The notes under the pieces: generated by a model
Database searches by the model: none
What the model was told of the DNA's origin: nothing
Seen by the model: the letters and a program-made list of their open reading frames with translations, nothing else
Assembly (NCBI RefSeq): GCF_009914755.1
Contig: NC_060938.1
DNA from: the human T2T-CHM13v2.0 reference genome, Homo sapiens
DNA length: 64,000 nucleotides
Direction: 5' to 3' (one strand)
Program-made: the position numbers and the translations under genes
In this document: positions 13,461 through 30,697 of the stretch, piece by piece
Numbering within the stretch: the stretch's first letter is position 1
Layout of the letters: the number at the start of each line of letters is the position of its first letter

Positions 13461-16150
13461 AATTGCATTGAAAGATTTTTTTTGCATCTATTGGTATGAT
13501 CAAGTGGTTTTTGTTTAAATTCTGTTTATGTAGTGAATCACATTTACTGATTTTTGTATGTTTAACCAACCTTGAATCGCAGGAATAAAGCCAATGCGAT
13601 TATGGTAAATTAGGTTACTTTTTGATGTGCCGCTGGATTCAGTTTGCTATACACTGTATTTTGCTAAAGATTTTTGCATCTATGTTCATCAGAGATATAA
13701 AAACTGTCAACAATCTATACATTGAAGGAACGCAACTGAAAATAATAAGAGTCATCTATGACACACCCATAGCCAACATCATATGGAACAGGCAAAAGCT
13801 GAAAGCATTCCCCTTGAGAACAAGAACAAGACAAGGATGCCCACTCTCACCACTCCCTACTCAACATTATTATTGTAAACTCTATGTACAACAATCAGAC
13901 AAGAGAAATAAATAAAAGGCATGCAAATAAGAAAAGAAGATGTCAAATTATCTCTCTTCACTGATATAATTCTACACCTAAAATATCCTAAAGATGACAT
14001 AAATAAATAGAAAAACATTCTATGGTTATAGATTAGTAGAATCAATATGATTAAATGGTCATATTGCCCAAACAATCTACAAACTCAATGCTATCGCAAT
14101 CAAACTACCAACATCATTTTTCAGAAAACTAGAAGAAACTATTCTAAAATTTGTATGGAACCAAAACAGAACCTGAATAGCCAAATCAGTTCTAAGCAAA
14201 AAGAGGAAAGCCAGCAACATCACATTACCTGACTTCAAACTGCACTACAAGGCTACAAGGTACACAAAACAGCATGATACTGGTACAAAAATACACACAT
14301 ACACCAATAAAACAGAATAGAGAACTCAGATAAAGGGGTACACCTATAATCATCTGACCTACAAACTTGACTAAAATAGCAGTGGGAAAAGAAATTCCTG
14401 TTCAATAAATAGTGCTGGGATAACTGGTTAGCCATATGCAGAAAAATGAAACTACACCCGCACTTTTCACCATATGCAAAAATTAACACAAGATTCATTG
14501 AAGCCTTGTAAGACCTAAAACTGTAAAAATTACAGAAGAAAACCTCAGAAATACCATTCTGTACATTAACCTTGGCAAATAATTTAGTCCTCAAAAGCAA
14601 TTGTGACAAAAACAAAAATTGACAAATGGGACCTAATTAAACTAAAGAGCTGCTGGACAGCAAAAGAAGCTATGAACATAGTAAACAGACAATCTACAGA
14701 ATGGGAACTAAAACAAATTTACAAGATAAAAAACAAGTCCGAACTAGAAATACCATTTGACCTAGCCATCCCATTACTGGGTATATACCCAAAGGACTAT
14801 AAATCATGCTGCTATAAAGACACATGCACACGTATGTTTATTGCGGCACTATTCACAATAGCAAAGACTTGGAACCAACCCAAATGTCCAACAATGATAG
14901 ACTGGATTAAGAAAATGTGGCACATATACACCATGGAATACTATGCAGCCATAAAAAATGATGAGTTCATGTCCTTTGTAGGGACATGGATGAAATTGGA
15001 AATCATCATTCTCAGTAAACTATCGCAAGGACAAAAAACCAAACACCGCATGTTCTCACTCATAGGTGGGAATTGAACAATGAGAACACATGGACACAGG
15101 AAGGGGAACATCACACTCTGGGGACTGTTATGGGGTGGGGGGAGGGGGGGAGGGATAGCGTTGGGAGATATACCTAATGCTAAATGACGAGTTAATGGGT
15201 GCAGCACACCAGCATGGCACATGTATACATATGTAACAAACCTGCACATTGTGCACATGTACCCTAAAACTTAAAGTATAATAAAAAAAAAAGTGGGCAA
15301 AGGACATGAGCAAACACTTTTCAAAAGAAGACGTACAAGTGGCCAACAAATATATGAAAAAAATGCTCAATATCACTAATCATTAGAGAAATGCAAATCA
15401 AAAGCATAATGGGATACCATCTCACACTAGTCAGAATGGCTATTATTAAAAAGTAAAAAAATAATTGATGTTGAGGAGGTCACTGAGAAAAGGAAATGGT
15501 TACACAATGTTGGTGGGATTGTAAATTAGTTCAGCCACTGCAGAAAGCAGTTTGGAGATTTCTCAAAGAACTTTAGACAAAACTACTATTTGACCAGCAA
15601 TCCCATTATTGGGTATATACTCAAAAGAATATAAATTGTTCTACCAAAGAGACATATGCAGTCGTATATTCACTGCAGCACTATTCACAATAGCAAAGAC
15701 ACGGAATCAACCTACATGCCCATCAACGGTGGAATGAATAATGAAAATGTGGTACATACACACCATGGAATACCAATGCTACCATAAACAAAGAATAAAA
15801 TCATGTTCTTTGTAGCAGCATGGGCTCAGCTTCAGGCCATCTTCCTAGGTGAACTAAGGTAGGAATAGAAAAACCAAATACCACATATTCTCCCTTTAAG
15901 TGAGAGCTAACCATTGGGTACTCATGGAAATAAAAATGGCAATAATAGACACTGGGGACTAATAGATGGGAAAGAGAAGGATAAGAGTGAGAGTTGAAAA
16001 GCTACCTATTGGGTATTATGCTTGCTACCTGGGCGACAAGATCATTCATACTCCAAACTTCAGCATCATGCAGTATATCCATGTAAGAAACCTGTACATG
16101 TTCTTCTGAACTTAAAAATTGAAATTTTTAAAATGTAAATAAAAATAAAT
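13461..16150 (+). mobile_element. 5'-inverted old L1PA/L1PB-like element (inverted 13461-13698), with internal deletions and a nested L1PA3
   Basis: Antisense then sense ORF2 RT region (chimeric ORF 13622-13915), 3' UTR and A-rich tail near 16130-16150. Confidence 0.8.
14741..15292 (+). mobile_element. Young 5'-truncated L1PA (L1PA3-like); youngest L1 in the window
   Basis: ORF2 C-terminus ...[16 protein letters not shown]...MFSLIGGN, G-rich 3' UTR, taaagtataataaaaaaa tail. Confidence 0.9.
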
Positions 16151-17480
16151 AAAGGATAGACATACAATGTTAAAGGACTGGAAGATTCAACATAGTACAT
16201 ATGTCAACTTAAAAAAATTGATTTATAGGATTACTCTAAATCCAATCAAATCCCAGCAAGGATTTTGTAGATAATAGATAAGTTTATCTTAAATTTATTT
16301 GAAGAAGTCACAGGACATATTATATCTAAAATAGTACTGAAAAGCAAGAATGAAAAGGGAGAAACTACCCTTTCAGATAATAATGTTTCGTACTATATAA
16401 TAACTCTAATCAAGGCAGTATGGTGTTAATGAAGATCAATAGAACAGAATGGAGAACCCACATGCAAATAATACAAATTTGCCCATTTGAGTTTTGACAA
16501 AGACGCAGATGCAATTTAATGGGGGAAAGATAGGCTTTTCAACAAATGATATGGAAAGACCTGAACATCACACCTTGTACAAAAAACAAAATGAATCACA
16601 GAATTAAATTAAAATATAAAAATATAAAATTTTAGGGAAAAAACACATGGGAAAATCTAGGACTTTAGGATGCAGGAATAGAAAAAATGTTTTAGACTTA
16701 GTGTTGAAAGCATCATCTATATAATAAGAACATAATAAATTTTATGCAACTAAAGTAAATACCTTTGCTATGCAAATGACCCAGTAAAGAAAATGAAAAA
16801 TAGTCTATAGTCTCAGAGAAATTACATGCAAACTACATACCTGAAAAAGACCTTGTAACTAGAGTATACAACAAATTCTCAAAATTCAACAGGAAGAACT
16901 ATAAATAATTTACTTAGAAATTAGGAAAATTAAATTCATAGACATTTCATTAAAAAGGATATTCAGGTGGAAAATTAGGGAAATTTTTCAACATCACTAA
17001 CTAGTAGAGAAATGCAAATTAAAACCACAATATTACTGCATACCTAGCAGAATGGCAAAAATAAAAACAATAGTGGTAACACAAAACACTTGTCAGGAAG
17101 AAGATAAACACAGATCACTTCTATATTGTTGGTGAATTTGTAAAATAATATAGTTATTCTAGAAATAATTTAGCAATTTCTTAAAAAATAAACCTACACT
17201 TACCATATGAATAAGATTTTTATTTTGGTCATTTATCACAGAGAAATTAAACAATGTTTACACAAAAACGTGAACATGAATGTTTGTAGCAGTTTTGTTT
17301 AAAATTGCTTAAAACCAGATATCCCAAATATTCTTTAACAGATAATGGTTAACCAAACTGTGATATCTTCATACCACAGAAATATTCAGCTATAAAAGTA
17401 AATAAACTATTGACATGCAATAACTTAAATAGATCATAAGGAAATATGATGAATTCTAAAAGCTAATTCCTAAAGGTTAA

Positions 17481-17502
17481 ATAGGTTGGTGCACCAACCT
17501 AA
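17481..17502. mobile_element. Collapsed MADE1/Hsmar1 terminal-inverted-repeat remnant
   Basis: Perfect palindrome taggttggtgcaccaaccta matching both MADE1 termini, followed by a TA. Confidence 0.7.
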
Positions 17503-17567
17503 TACATATAGGTCCATTTCTATAATATTCTTTAAATAGCAAAATTATAATGATTAATATTTGCTTA

Positions 17568-17860
17568 GGTCATGAGCAGTGGCTCATGCCTGTAATCCCA
17601 GCATTTTGGGAAGCCGAGGCAGGTGGATCACCTGAGGTGAGGAGTTCAAGACCAGCCTGATTAACCTGGCGAAACCCTGTCTCTGCTAAAAATACAAAAA
17701 TTAGCCAGGCATGGTGGCACACGCCAGTATTCCCAGCTACTCAGGAGGCTGAGGCAGGAGAATCACTTGAACCCGGGAGGGCCAAGATCGCGCCACTGCA
17801 CTCCAGCCTGAGCAACAGAGCAAGTCTGCGTCTAAAAAAAAAAAAAGAAAAAAAAGAAAA
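17568..17860 (+). mobile_element. AluS (Sx-like) with ~15-bp right-arm deletion
   Basis: Dimeric Alu with ggatcacctgagg; cgggagg joined directly to gccaagatcg; A tail. Confidence 0.9.
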
Positions 17861-20104
17861 AATATATAGCTCTCGGGAATTAAGATGAAGACTAGAGAGG
17901 AATGTTAGTGTAAAGCCATAGCTGAAAAGAGTCTTGTGGTCATGTTTCTATATATTGGTTATGGCAATGGTTACACTTAATCTACACATGTGATAAAATT
18001 GCATAGAACCACACACACACACACACAATTGCATGTAAAACTAGTAAAATCTGAATAAGCTCTGTAGATGGTTTTGACGCTTTTTCTCTGTTTTTGAAAT
18101 TTTACTATCATTATGTAAATTTCTACTATTTTGGTGAACTAGGTGAAGGGGTTGCATGGGACCTCTCCGTACTTTTTTTTTTTTTTGCAATTTCTTTTGA
18201 GTCTATATAATTATTTCAAAATAAAAAGTTAACAAGAACAATGGAATGTTCTGGCTATCCTTCCTTGAGCAATACTCTTTGAATACTCCTACAATGGTAA
18301 GAAACTTTAAATTTCAGAAAGGTTAAGAAAATGACCCTTAATAAATAATTCGAGAATGGTATATTGCCATCAACTACACTAATCTGAATATGCCATCTGC
18401 TATAAACATGTATATTTATAGTTGTATTGGTTTTTCTCATCAATTTTTCTTCTTAATCCTCTGTTACAAAGGTTTCTTTATATTGAGGCAGTTCTCCATT
18501 TTTCAATATGTATTTTTTGCTCTTATACTTTTTTTGCTAATTCCTTTCCTGAAGTATCTACCCAAAATAAAAATCAACTTCTCAGGCTGACAGATCACTG
18601 TGTCTCTTCTCAGAACATATAATAAGAAATGAGCCTGAAAATTTCTTGGTATAATTAAACTGATTATTTATTATAAGACAATTTAAACTGCTCATTTTCA
18701 TGAGTTCTGACAAAGACACTGTCACACACATCAAAATAATCCATATGCACTTGTATTTAAATTTGATTTTGTATATTTTAGATAATTTAAAAGCTAGTTT
18801 TGGTTTATTGATTATGATCCTTTGAACATGACAGCATGACTATATATGACTATATAGTGAAAGACAGGGTTTTTTTAAAAAATCGTTCGTATTGTCTGAT
18901 GTTGCAGATGATGTTTGGGCACTTATTATTGTCTCTGAGTTAGAAACAGGCTTTTTAAAAGTCAAAAGACAGACTTATTAGCATTACATCTGAATCTAGT
19001 ATTAAAATTTTTCTAAGAGAAAAACAAAGTGGTCAATCATATGGATGTTTTGTATAAATAACTAACCATCAAAATGTTTATAAATGTTTGGTTTAATACT
19101 TTAGTCTTCAATTTGTATTTGAAACCAAATGCCAGTTTAAGAACTAGCCAATTCCATATGGAAATAAGAAGCAATATCTCTGTTCAAGATAAATTTCATA
19201 AAATTATCTGATTCTGAAAAAACTGGAGATTATTTCTTTTGTGACTTTTTTCAAGAAAATGTTATGTGTCTTCTTGGTATTGCTTAATTCTTTCTCTCTC
19301 TCTCTCTCTGTGTCTGTGTGTGTTTATTGTATTATTTTTCATAAACAGAGTGGTCAAGGCTAACGGTAGAGTTTCTTTTATCAGTCAAGACTTTTCTTTT
19401 TTTCAAAATGAGTCCCTAGAATAGGTTTAAAAAAAGAAACCTAAATAAAGAGAAACTTGTCATTTTTTGATACATATTTCAAGATGTTGACCACAAAGCA
19501 AGTGTTGTCCTTTGTGACTTTTGTAGGCAAAAACCAAATCTATTGTGATATTTCTCATGTATGTCCTGTTATTTTAAAATTAATCATAATAACACTAAGA
19601 AATATAGCTGATGTCCCCTTTTAAATACAAATTACAATGCTTTGTTTAAATCATAGTATCTCCACTAATAGTAGTTCAATTAGAAATTTTAGTTGCTTAA
19701 GTATTTTCTTCATCCTGGGGGAAAAAGTCATTACTTTATATAATTTGTAAAAAGTAAATACTCTTATATCTTCATTTCAGAGTAACTTCCATCTTGGTTG
19801 TAGTGATATGTAGATTTTGTAGATTTGTTTGTAGATTTTGTAGATTTGTATGTAGATTATTTTTATCTATAATTCATGTACACTCATTGTCATGTACATA
19901 ATTACAATTGGTAGTAAATTGTATGTATGCACAAAGTGTACACTGCTTGAACAAGGGAGTACCGTATATCACCACTTAAATCAGGCTTAAGATCCATCCA
20001 TCTTGTCAACATACTATGGTTTCTGAGTATTCAAGTTTTTTCCATCCAACAGACAGTCTACATTTAGTATAGATTGGCTATTTGCCCTCTTTGGTTATAC
20101 ATTT

Positions 20105-22635
<2,531 letters not shown>

Positions 22636-23394
22636 CACTCCTATTTATATGATCATTTATTGATTTCAATTATATGAAGTCATTGAAACCCTGATTAAAA
22701 AATTGTTGAACTTGTTTAGATTGTCAAAATTATGGAGAAATAATGAATATTAACAAGTAATGGTGTTGATTTTTAAAATTTCTTCTTGGAATCTAGAAAG
22801 TATCAACTATTATAAATTTTAATGGATTGAAAAATTGAATGTTAGATATCTCCAGCAAACTTTTGGGAAGTAGCAACTTTGTTCATGGGAATATGAGTTA
22901 TTACTTAATATTCTGAATAATCAGCCTATTTTCCACAAAGTAATATACTAAATATTTTGGGAGATTCATACACTCACGTATTCCTAAATTTAGAGGTAAC
23001 TTATTTACTCTTTAATCAGGAGTTTTTTCTTTAAAATATGTTTATATTAACAAAAGAAAACTTTTACACTGTATTGAGTATGTTTGAGACATGATAAATT
23101 AGTCTATTTGAATATGATTTGGCCCACCATAATTTTGAAAATTTTAAGATGCTTCAATTTAAATTATTGAAAATATTTTTAACCCAGGAATTCTATATTC
23201 AATTTTATGTAAATATCTTAAAACAAATTTAAATAGAAAATGTTATTGTTTACATTATTAGAATACCCATTAATAATAACAATAAAGATACATTATATAC
23301 TTAATGATATTAAAATAATTAAAATAATCCATTTCTATGAGATTGAAAAGAAATATTTTTGAAGGTGCTTAGCTAGGACGTATGGTACTTTATA

Positions 23395-24735
23395 AGAGAG
23401 GTCACTATTCTTATATCTGATAAAACAGACTTTAAACCAACAGCAAACAAAAAGGACAAAGATGGGCAATTTCATAATGATAAAGGGTTCAATTCAGCAA
23501 GAAGATTTAACTATCTGATATATAAATGTACCTAACCTTGGAGCATCAAGATTCATAAAACAGGTTCTTCTAGACCTATAAAAAGACTTAGCCACGAAAT
23601 AATGGTGAGAGTTCAACACCCCACTGACAGAATTGGACAGGTCATGAAGGCAGAAAACTAACAAAGAAATCCTGTACCTAAACTCTACACTTGACCAACT
23701 GGAATTAATAGACATCTAAAAAATATTCTACCCAACAACCACAGAATATACATTTTTTTTCATCTTCACATAGAACATATTCTAAGATCAATCACTTGCT
23801 CAGTCACAAAGAAAGTCTCAATAAGTTCAAGAAATCAAAATTATACCAAGCACACTCTCAGACTGGTGCAATAAAAACAGAAATCAATACCAAGAAGATT
23901 TCTCAAAACCACACAATTGCATGGAAGTTAAACAACTTCCTCCTGACTAACTTTGGGGTAAACAATAAAATTAAGGCATAAATAAAAAACACCTTTGTAA
24001 TTGATAAAGATAGAGAGATAACATACCAAAATCTTCGGAATGCAGCTAAAGTATTGTTAAGAGGAAAGTTTATAGAGCTAGATGCCTGCATCGAGAAGTT
24101 AGAAAGATCTCAAATTAACAATCTATCATCACACCTAGAGGAACTAGAAAGAAATAAACAAATCAAACCCACAGCTAGTGGAAAAAAAAATCACCAAAAT
24201 AGAGCAGAACTAAATTAAATTGAGAACCAAAAATTGATTCAAAACATCAGTGAAACTAAAAGATACATGTACGTGTATATTCAGCCCAGCACTATTCACA
24301 ATAGTAAAGAACTGGAATCATCCTTGATGCCTATAATTGGTGGACTGGATAAAGAAAATGTGGTACATATATGCACGGTATCCTACCCATCCATAAAAAA
24401 GAACAAATCATGTTATTTGGAGCAACATGTATGCAGCTAGAAATCATTATCCTAAGTGAACTGATGCAGAAACAAAACTAAATGCCACATGGTCTCACTT
24501 ATAAGTGGGAGATAAATATTGGGTACACATGATCATAAAAGTGGGAACAATAAACTCTGTGGAAATACAAGAGGAAGGAGAGTTGGAGGCAAGTAAATGT
24601 TGAACAAACTACCTATTGGATATTATGCTCACTACCCGGGTGATGGACTCATTTGTACTTCTAACCTCAGCATCATGCAATATACCTTTGTAACAAATCT
24701 GCACATGATTCTAAAATAAAAGCTGAAAGAGAAAA
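23395..24735 (+). mobile_element. Old L1PA/L1PB-like element with large internal ORF2 deletion at ~24262
   Basis: EN-domain sequence (ORF 23796-23981) joined directly to ORF2 C-terminus and 3' UTR. Confidence 0.8.
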
Positions 24736-25885
24736 GGAATAAATACGTTATTATGTGAGGTCTCACAATAGATAAGTAGAACAATCTATGTTCTCATCAA
24801 CATTTTCTTGCAGCTTTCATTTTAATTACATTTGATGAGTTTGAAAATTGCTTATATTTCATATTTTAAATATTAAACATTTTAAATAAATTATTAAAAA
24901 TTAAATATTATTGTTCTTTTATACTGCTTTAACTATGAATGGATGAATGATGCTACTGTTACGTAGGTAGAATATGGAAGGTAATATTGTTTGCAAGATA
25001 GGTAATAAAACAATAAAAAATAATTAAACGCAAGTTACTATCTTGATTTAGTAAACAAGACAGAGACAAGAGATGTTGCATACTTTGAACAGCTTAAAAG
25101 CAGTGTTCCATTCTATAAATAATTCATACTGATGAAGAAAAGTAACCTATGAGAGTATGAAGTTAATATCACTACCAAAGACTACACGTTGCATTACCAT
25201 TCAGTAAGCTTGGTATTTAAAGCTCCTTTTAATGATTTCTTGGAAAATGATTATGCATATGTAAATTATTCATTAATATGAAATCAATTCATCTATAGGA
25301 TACCTATGTGTACTAGAAATACTAAATATATAATGACTTGGTTTTACTATTATACATGTAAATATATTATTTTTCATTTATATTAATGGTCCTGCCTTTG
25401 TTCTGTTTGGAAAAAAATAACGTTTATTATTTAATATTTCTCAGATGTCCCCATCTGTGTTTCTCTGACTGTCATAATGTACTCTTCCAGAGCTAGCCAG
25501 TGGTTGTCCAGGTGCTGTTGGAAACTACAAGTGTGGCTAATACTCTTGGGTAGTTATTTTACTGAATAACTTGAGGGGGAACAATTCTATCAAATACTGA
25601 AAGCAATAAGATATCAGATGAAAAAAACATTTTCTTAAGATTGATTAAGAAACTGACACAAACAAGTTTATTTAATTAGACCTCCAGGATTACAGATTCA
25701 TTCTGCCCAGTTATTACATGTTATTTGGTAAAACTTTGGAGAAATATTATTTTATGCACTAGCTACAGAAAATCCTAAGAGTAAAATTAATTCAACCAAA
25801 TATTATTTGACAAATGATCAGGAAATCCAGTTTATGATAAATTTAAATTTTATGTCAAAGTATTTTGAAATGGCATTGCCAGTAC

Positions 25886-25960
25886 CTGATCTCAAGTGAT
25901 CTGCCTATCTTGGCTTCCCAAAGTGCTAGGATTATAGGTGGTGAGCCATTGCACCCAACC
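25886..25960 (-). mobile_element. Alu left-arm fragment
   Basis: ctcaagtgatctgcc...cccaaagtgctaggattataggt...gagccattgcaccc. Confidence 0.8.
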
Positions 25961-25961
25961 T

Positions 25962-26185
25962 TCTTTTTGTTTTTTAATTGACAAAACGTATATGTATTTA
26001 TCGTGCACAACATGATGTTTTCATGTATGTTTACATCGTGGAACGGCTAAATCAAGCTAATGAACATATGCATTACCTCACATACTTTTTTTTGGGATAA
26101 TATCCAAAATCTACTCTCCTGGCAATTTAAAAGTATGCAATATATTGTTACTAACTATAGTCACCATGATGTACAATTGATCTCA
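25962..26185 (-). mobile_element. L1MA 3' end fragment
   Basis: ggctaaatcaagctaatgaacatatgcattacctcacatac typical of L1MA 3' UTR antisense. Confidence 0.75.
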
Positions 26186-27202
26186 GGAGGAGTCATTTCT
26201 TGTACCCTCGCTTAAGCTTCCATTGACTACATTTTAGTTCTCTCATTCATATTTACAGCATAATCAGTGAAATATTTACTAAGGATGACATTTTTACGAA
26301 GTTGAACTTTAAAAAAAATTTCAGGAAACAGTCACATCTTAAATACATGTATTATTGCTGGATTAAAGACAATGGCCTCAGAAAGCACTTACAAATCAGC
26401 AAAAGGTGTCCAAAAGAAAAAATTCAAGCCAAAATAGAGACTATAAGATTATAAATAGAAGCCAGGGAAACTTTGTGAAATATGAAGCATTTTTTAAATC
26501 ACAGAAAAGAAAACACAACAAAATATATAAACATCCTGCAGTCAATCAAAATTGAAGTAGAAATTACATTGTTTAGATATAAAGAATTATCAGAAGGATT
26601 TGGGAAAATCTGGACTCCATATATTGGAGAGGATGATATGTAACAAGTTGTAAATAAATTTTAATAATTGCTATCTTTAAAGTCAGGTTGATGCTGAAAT
26701 TAGTGTTTTTCAGCTATATAAGTGGTATTCTATCCATAAAGTAGTATTACATCTAATAGCACCAATGAACCAGGAAATGACAGGTTAAGCCTACCTCTTT
26801 TAATTTCCTCAGAGAGCTCATTCATTTATCTAGTTCTTCTTTATGCCAATTGTTGGCACTGATATGTCATAGTTTTCCTCATTTCCTTTTTATGTCTTCT
26901 GTAAAAATGAGTTCCAAACCTTTGTTTTCTTTATTACTTTTAAATGCAAAATGCTCACAACAGTACTTCAACTAGGGTTTTTGTCATTAGCAAAGACTAA
27001 GTATTTTCTTCTCAGTTTTCATAAAAACATTCTATAATGAGGAATAGAATTAAATATTTTATATTAAACAGAGGTGTACAGTAAAAACTTATTGTATTTG
27101 CTATGAACAAAAATCTGATTCCAATAGAATTCCAAAATTATTCATACATTAAATACTAATTATGATTATAAATTTGATTACATTATTGCTGTTAATAATT
27201 AA

Positions 27203-27561
<359 letters not shown>

Positions 27562-28549
27562 CAGTGTGAAATATTTAATGGTAGTGCTTCTGAATTACCC
27601 TAAGTTTAAGCTTTATCATATGGACACCATGTGATTCTGCATTAAAAACATAATTCTTAAATAATTAAGTGAAAGCTAAAAATTCTAATTATAATTTTTA
27701 TGTGCATAATGTTACCAATTTTTTAATACTTAAGGAAAAAAGTTATCAATATGTTGAAGCTAAAGAATTTGGTTTTAACTTTGGAACTACCTATTCTGCA
27801 TAGGTCATTTTCATGTATCACTACACTGTGTATGTTTAAGAAACTTAGAGAAACAGTTTATTCTGACATATATAAGAGAATGCAGAATTCACATTTAAAA
27901 ACAGGAAAACTTTAGCCAATATTGCAAAGTGTTGATTTTTGTCCCTTTGTGTAGTCAAAGCTATATTGCCAATTTCAGATCAGTGAGACACAAAATATTT
28001 CTTACTGCCAGAATGTCTATGAGGTTACTATCCCTGGAAAGCTCATTCAGCTTTAAAATATTCAGGTTTAAAATCTCCTACATTTCTACTATGTTAAATA
28101 CGTTTGGGGAGGCACCATCTCTAAGTCTAAATGATTCTATGTAATAGTGAAATGTTCAAGAAATGCCATGTAAATAAGGCATTTTCAGTTAATTGATGTG
28201 TCCTGTGAGGTATTATATTTATGAGGTATTTAGAAATACAGACAATGTAAGTACAGGTAAAATTCTGTTAATAAGAGGCAGTATTAAAATATGAAATTAA
28301 GAAAATAGTTTGAATTAAATTTAAAAATGGAATAATTTTTGTTAATTGTGGAACACTCAATCTGAGTTAAACATATTTTTATTAATATCATAATTTATAT
28401 TATAATTTTGTATTAGACCAATAAGATGACATATTTTTAAAATATTTGATTAAAATCCTGGTGATGGTCATAGCAGGATGCATCACATGCTATTTCAACG
28501 TTGATATATGCACATAAGTAACTGAATGTTGGATAACTTTTCATGAGCT

Positions 28550-28800
28550 TTATATTTTTATTTCTAACTTTTTAAAACTTTTGGATCCAGGTGGTACATG
28601 TTCAGGTTTGTTACATGAATGTATTGTGTGATGCTGAAGTTTGAGCTTTAGTTGAACCCATCACTCAAAGAGTGGACATAATACCCAATAGGCAGATTTT
28701 CAGCTCTTCCCTTCCACCCTCCTTTTCTTCACTTTTGGGAGTCCCCAGTTTTTATTGCTCCCATTTTTATGTCTGTGTCTACCCAATGTTAAACTCTGAC
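28550..28800 (-). mobile_element. Old L1PA (L1PA15/16-like) 3' UTR fragment
   Basis: ggtacatgttcaggtttgttacatg...tacccaatagg. Confidence 0.75.
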
Positions 28801-30296
28801 TCAAAGGTTGAAAATAGACCCAAGGTTTAAAACAACAAAAAAGAATAGAAATTATGCATTCTATATTCTATTCTTGGAAATTAAAGAAAAATTGTATTTG
28901 TTGGCAATATAAAATCATTTTGTATTTCTATCTATAATTACATAAATTAGCTGAAGTCATATGTAGCCACAATATAATAATGAGTAAATGTGTTAATATT
29001 TCTAAAAGACATTTGATGTTAGAGAAAATGGAAAATAAAATGCTTCTGTGCTGTTAACAAAATATGAGTTAATTAACACTTTCTTCTCATTTTTTAGCTA
29101 CTGCTTTAAAAATTGTTTACAAGTTTTCCCATTTGACAGAAAGTACACTGCTTTTTTCAATCATTAAAATCCCTAATTAAACATTACTTTTATTTCTAGT
29201 AATCTGTCTTCTTTCATTTTATTATTTCTATGAAATTATTTTATGAGAAATTATATGAGATGTGAGACACTCACATCATTTTCCTTGTTGAAACCTGTCC
29301 CTTTTCAGAAATATTTTCTTTTGTCTTATGTTTTCCCTCAAGGCAATGCCTAAAGGAATGATAGAGAAAGCATGCCACATGAACTATATACCACATATCA
29401 GATCCACTTTCTTTCTTAAATACAAGCAAAATACACAGCAAGCAAGTATGTATCTCTTATGTCAGTAGGGAGCATATTGCTACTCATCATGGAGATTAAG
29501 TTCAGTTTGAAGCCCCCTCCCACATTCTCTAAGCCTCTAATAACCATCTCCTCCATTTCCTTTTCTCTTTTTGCTAGATTAATGCAAAATTCTCTTCTTA
29601 CCTCTGGCTCAAATTTTAATTGTATGGGAATCTTAGACTTCAATCAGTTTCTTGGAACCATGCCTTCATCGCAGCTCTAAACCAACCCAAACATGGATTC
29701 AAACTGACTTGATTTTTACAAGATAATCACTCTTATAAGAAGTTTTGATATATAGGAGACCCTGTTTAAGTTTTGAGCAAAGTGCAGGTGCTTATATTGG
29801 AGTGATACAAATGAATGGCATTAAATGCTGAGGATCCTCCTTTTTGAGAAGTCCCATTTTCTCTCGTGACACAGTCCCATCATCTCATGTGTTTTACATA
29901 GGACTCTCCCAGCACTCTCCCTGCTATCTTTTTAATTTTTTCTATTTTCATAGGTTTTTGGGAAACAGGTGGTGTTTGTTATATGAATAAGTTCTTTAGT
30001 GGTGATTTCTGAGATTTTAGTGCACCCATCACCAGAGCAGTGTACACTGTACCCAGTATGTAGTTTTTTAATCCCTCATCTCCCTTCCAACCTTCCCCTA
30101 CAAGTCCTCAAAGTCCATTATATTGTTCTTATGCCTTGGCATCCTCCAAGCTTAGCTCCCAATTATAAGTAAGAACATATGATGTTTGGTTTTCCATTCC
30201 TGAGTTACTTCACTTAGAATAATGGTCTCCAGTTCCATCCAAGTTGCTGCTAATGCTACTATGTTGTTCCTTTTTATGGCTGAATAGTATTCCATG

Positions 30297-30297
<1 letters not shown>

Positions 30298-30375
<78 letters not shown>
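30298..30375. repeat. Compound microsatellite (TA)~16(CA)~23
   Basis: Direct read. Confidence 0.95.
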
Positions 30376-30377
<2 letters not shown>

Positions 30378-30656
30378 TTCTTTATTCACTCGTTGATTGA
30401 TGGGCATTTGGGCTGGTTCCATATTTTTGCAATCGCAAATTGTGCTGCTATAAACATACGTGTGCAAGTATCTCTTTTGTATAATGACTTATTTTCCTCT
30501 AGGTAGATAACCAGTAGTGGGATTGCTGGGTCAAATGGTAGTTCTCTACTTTTGCTCTTTAAAACCTCCACACAGTTTTCTATAGTGGTTATACTAGTTT
30601 ACTTTCCCACCAGCAGTATAAAAGTGGGCCCTTTTCACCACATTCCTACCAACATC

Positions 30657-30696
<40 letters not shown>
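30657..30696. repeat. (TTA)n microsatellite, ~12 units
   Basis: Direct read. Confidence 0.9.

Positions 30697-30697
<1 letters not shown>

Noticed and set aside
14603-15076. Longest ORF (157 aa) as a gene
   Set aside because: Chimera of two L1 ORF2 fragments with a GTG start; no exon context
19809-19860. tgtagattt short tandem repeats as a CRISPR-like array
   Set aside because: No unique spacers; simple slippage repeat in eukaryotic DNA
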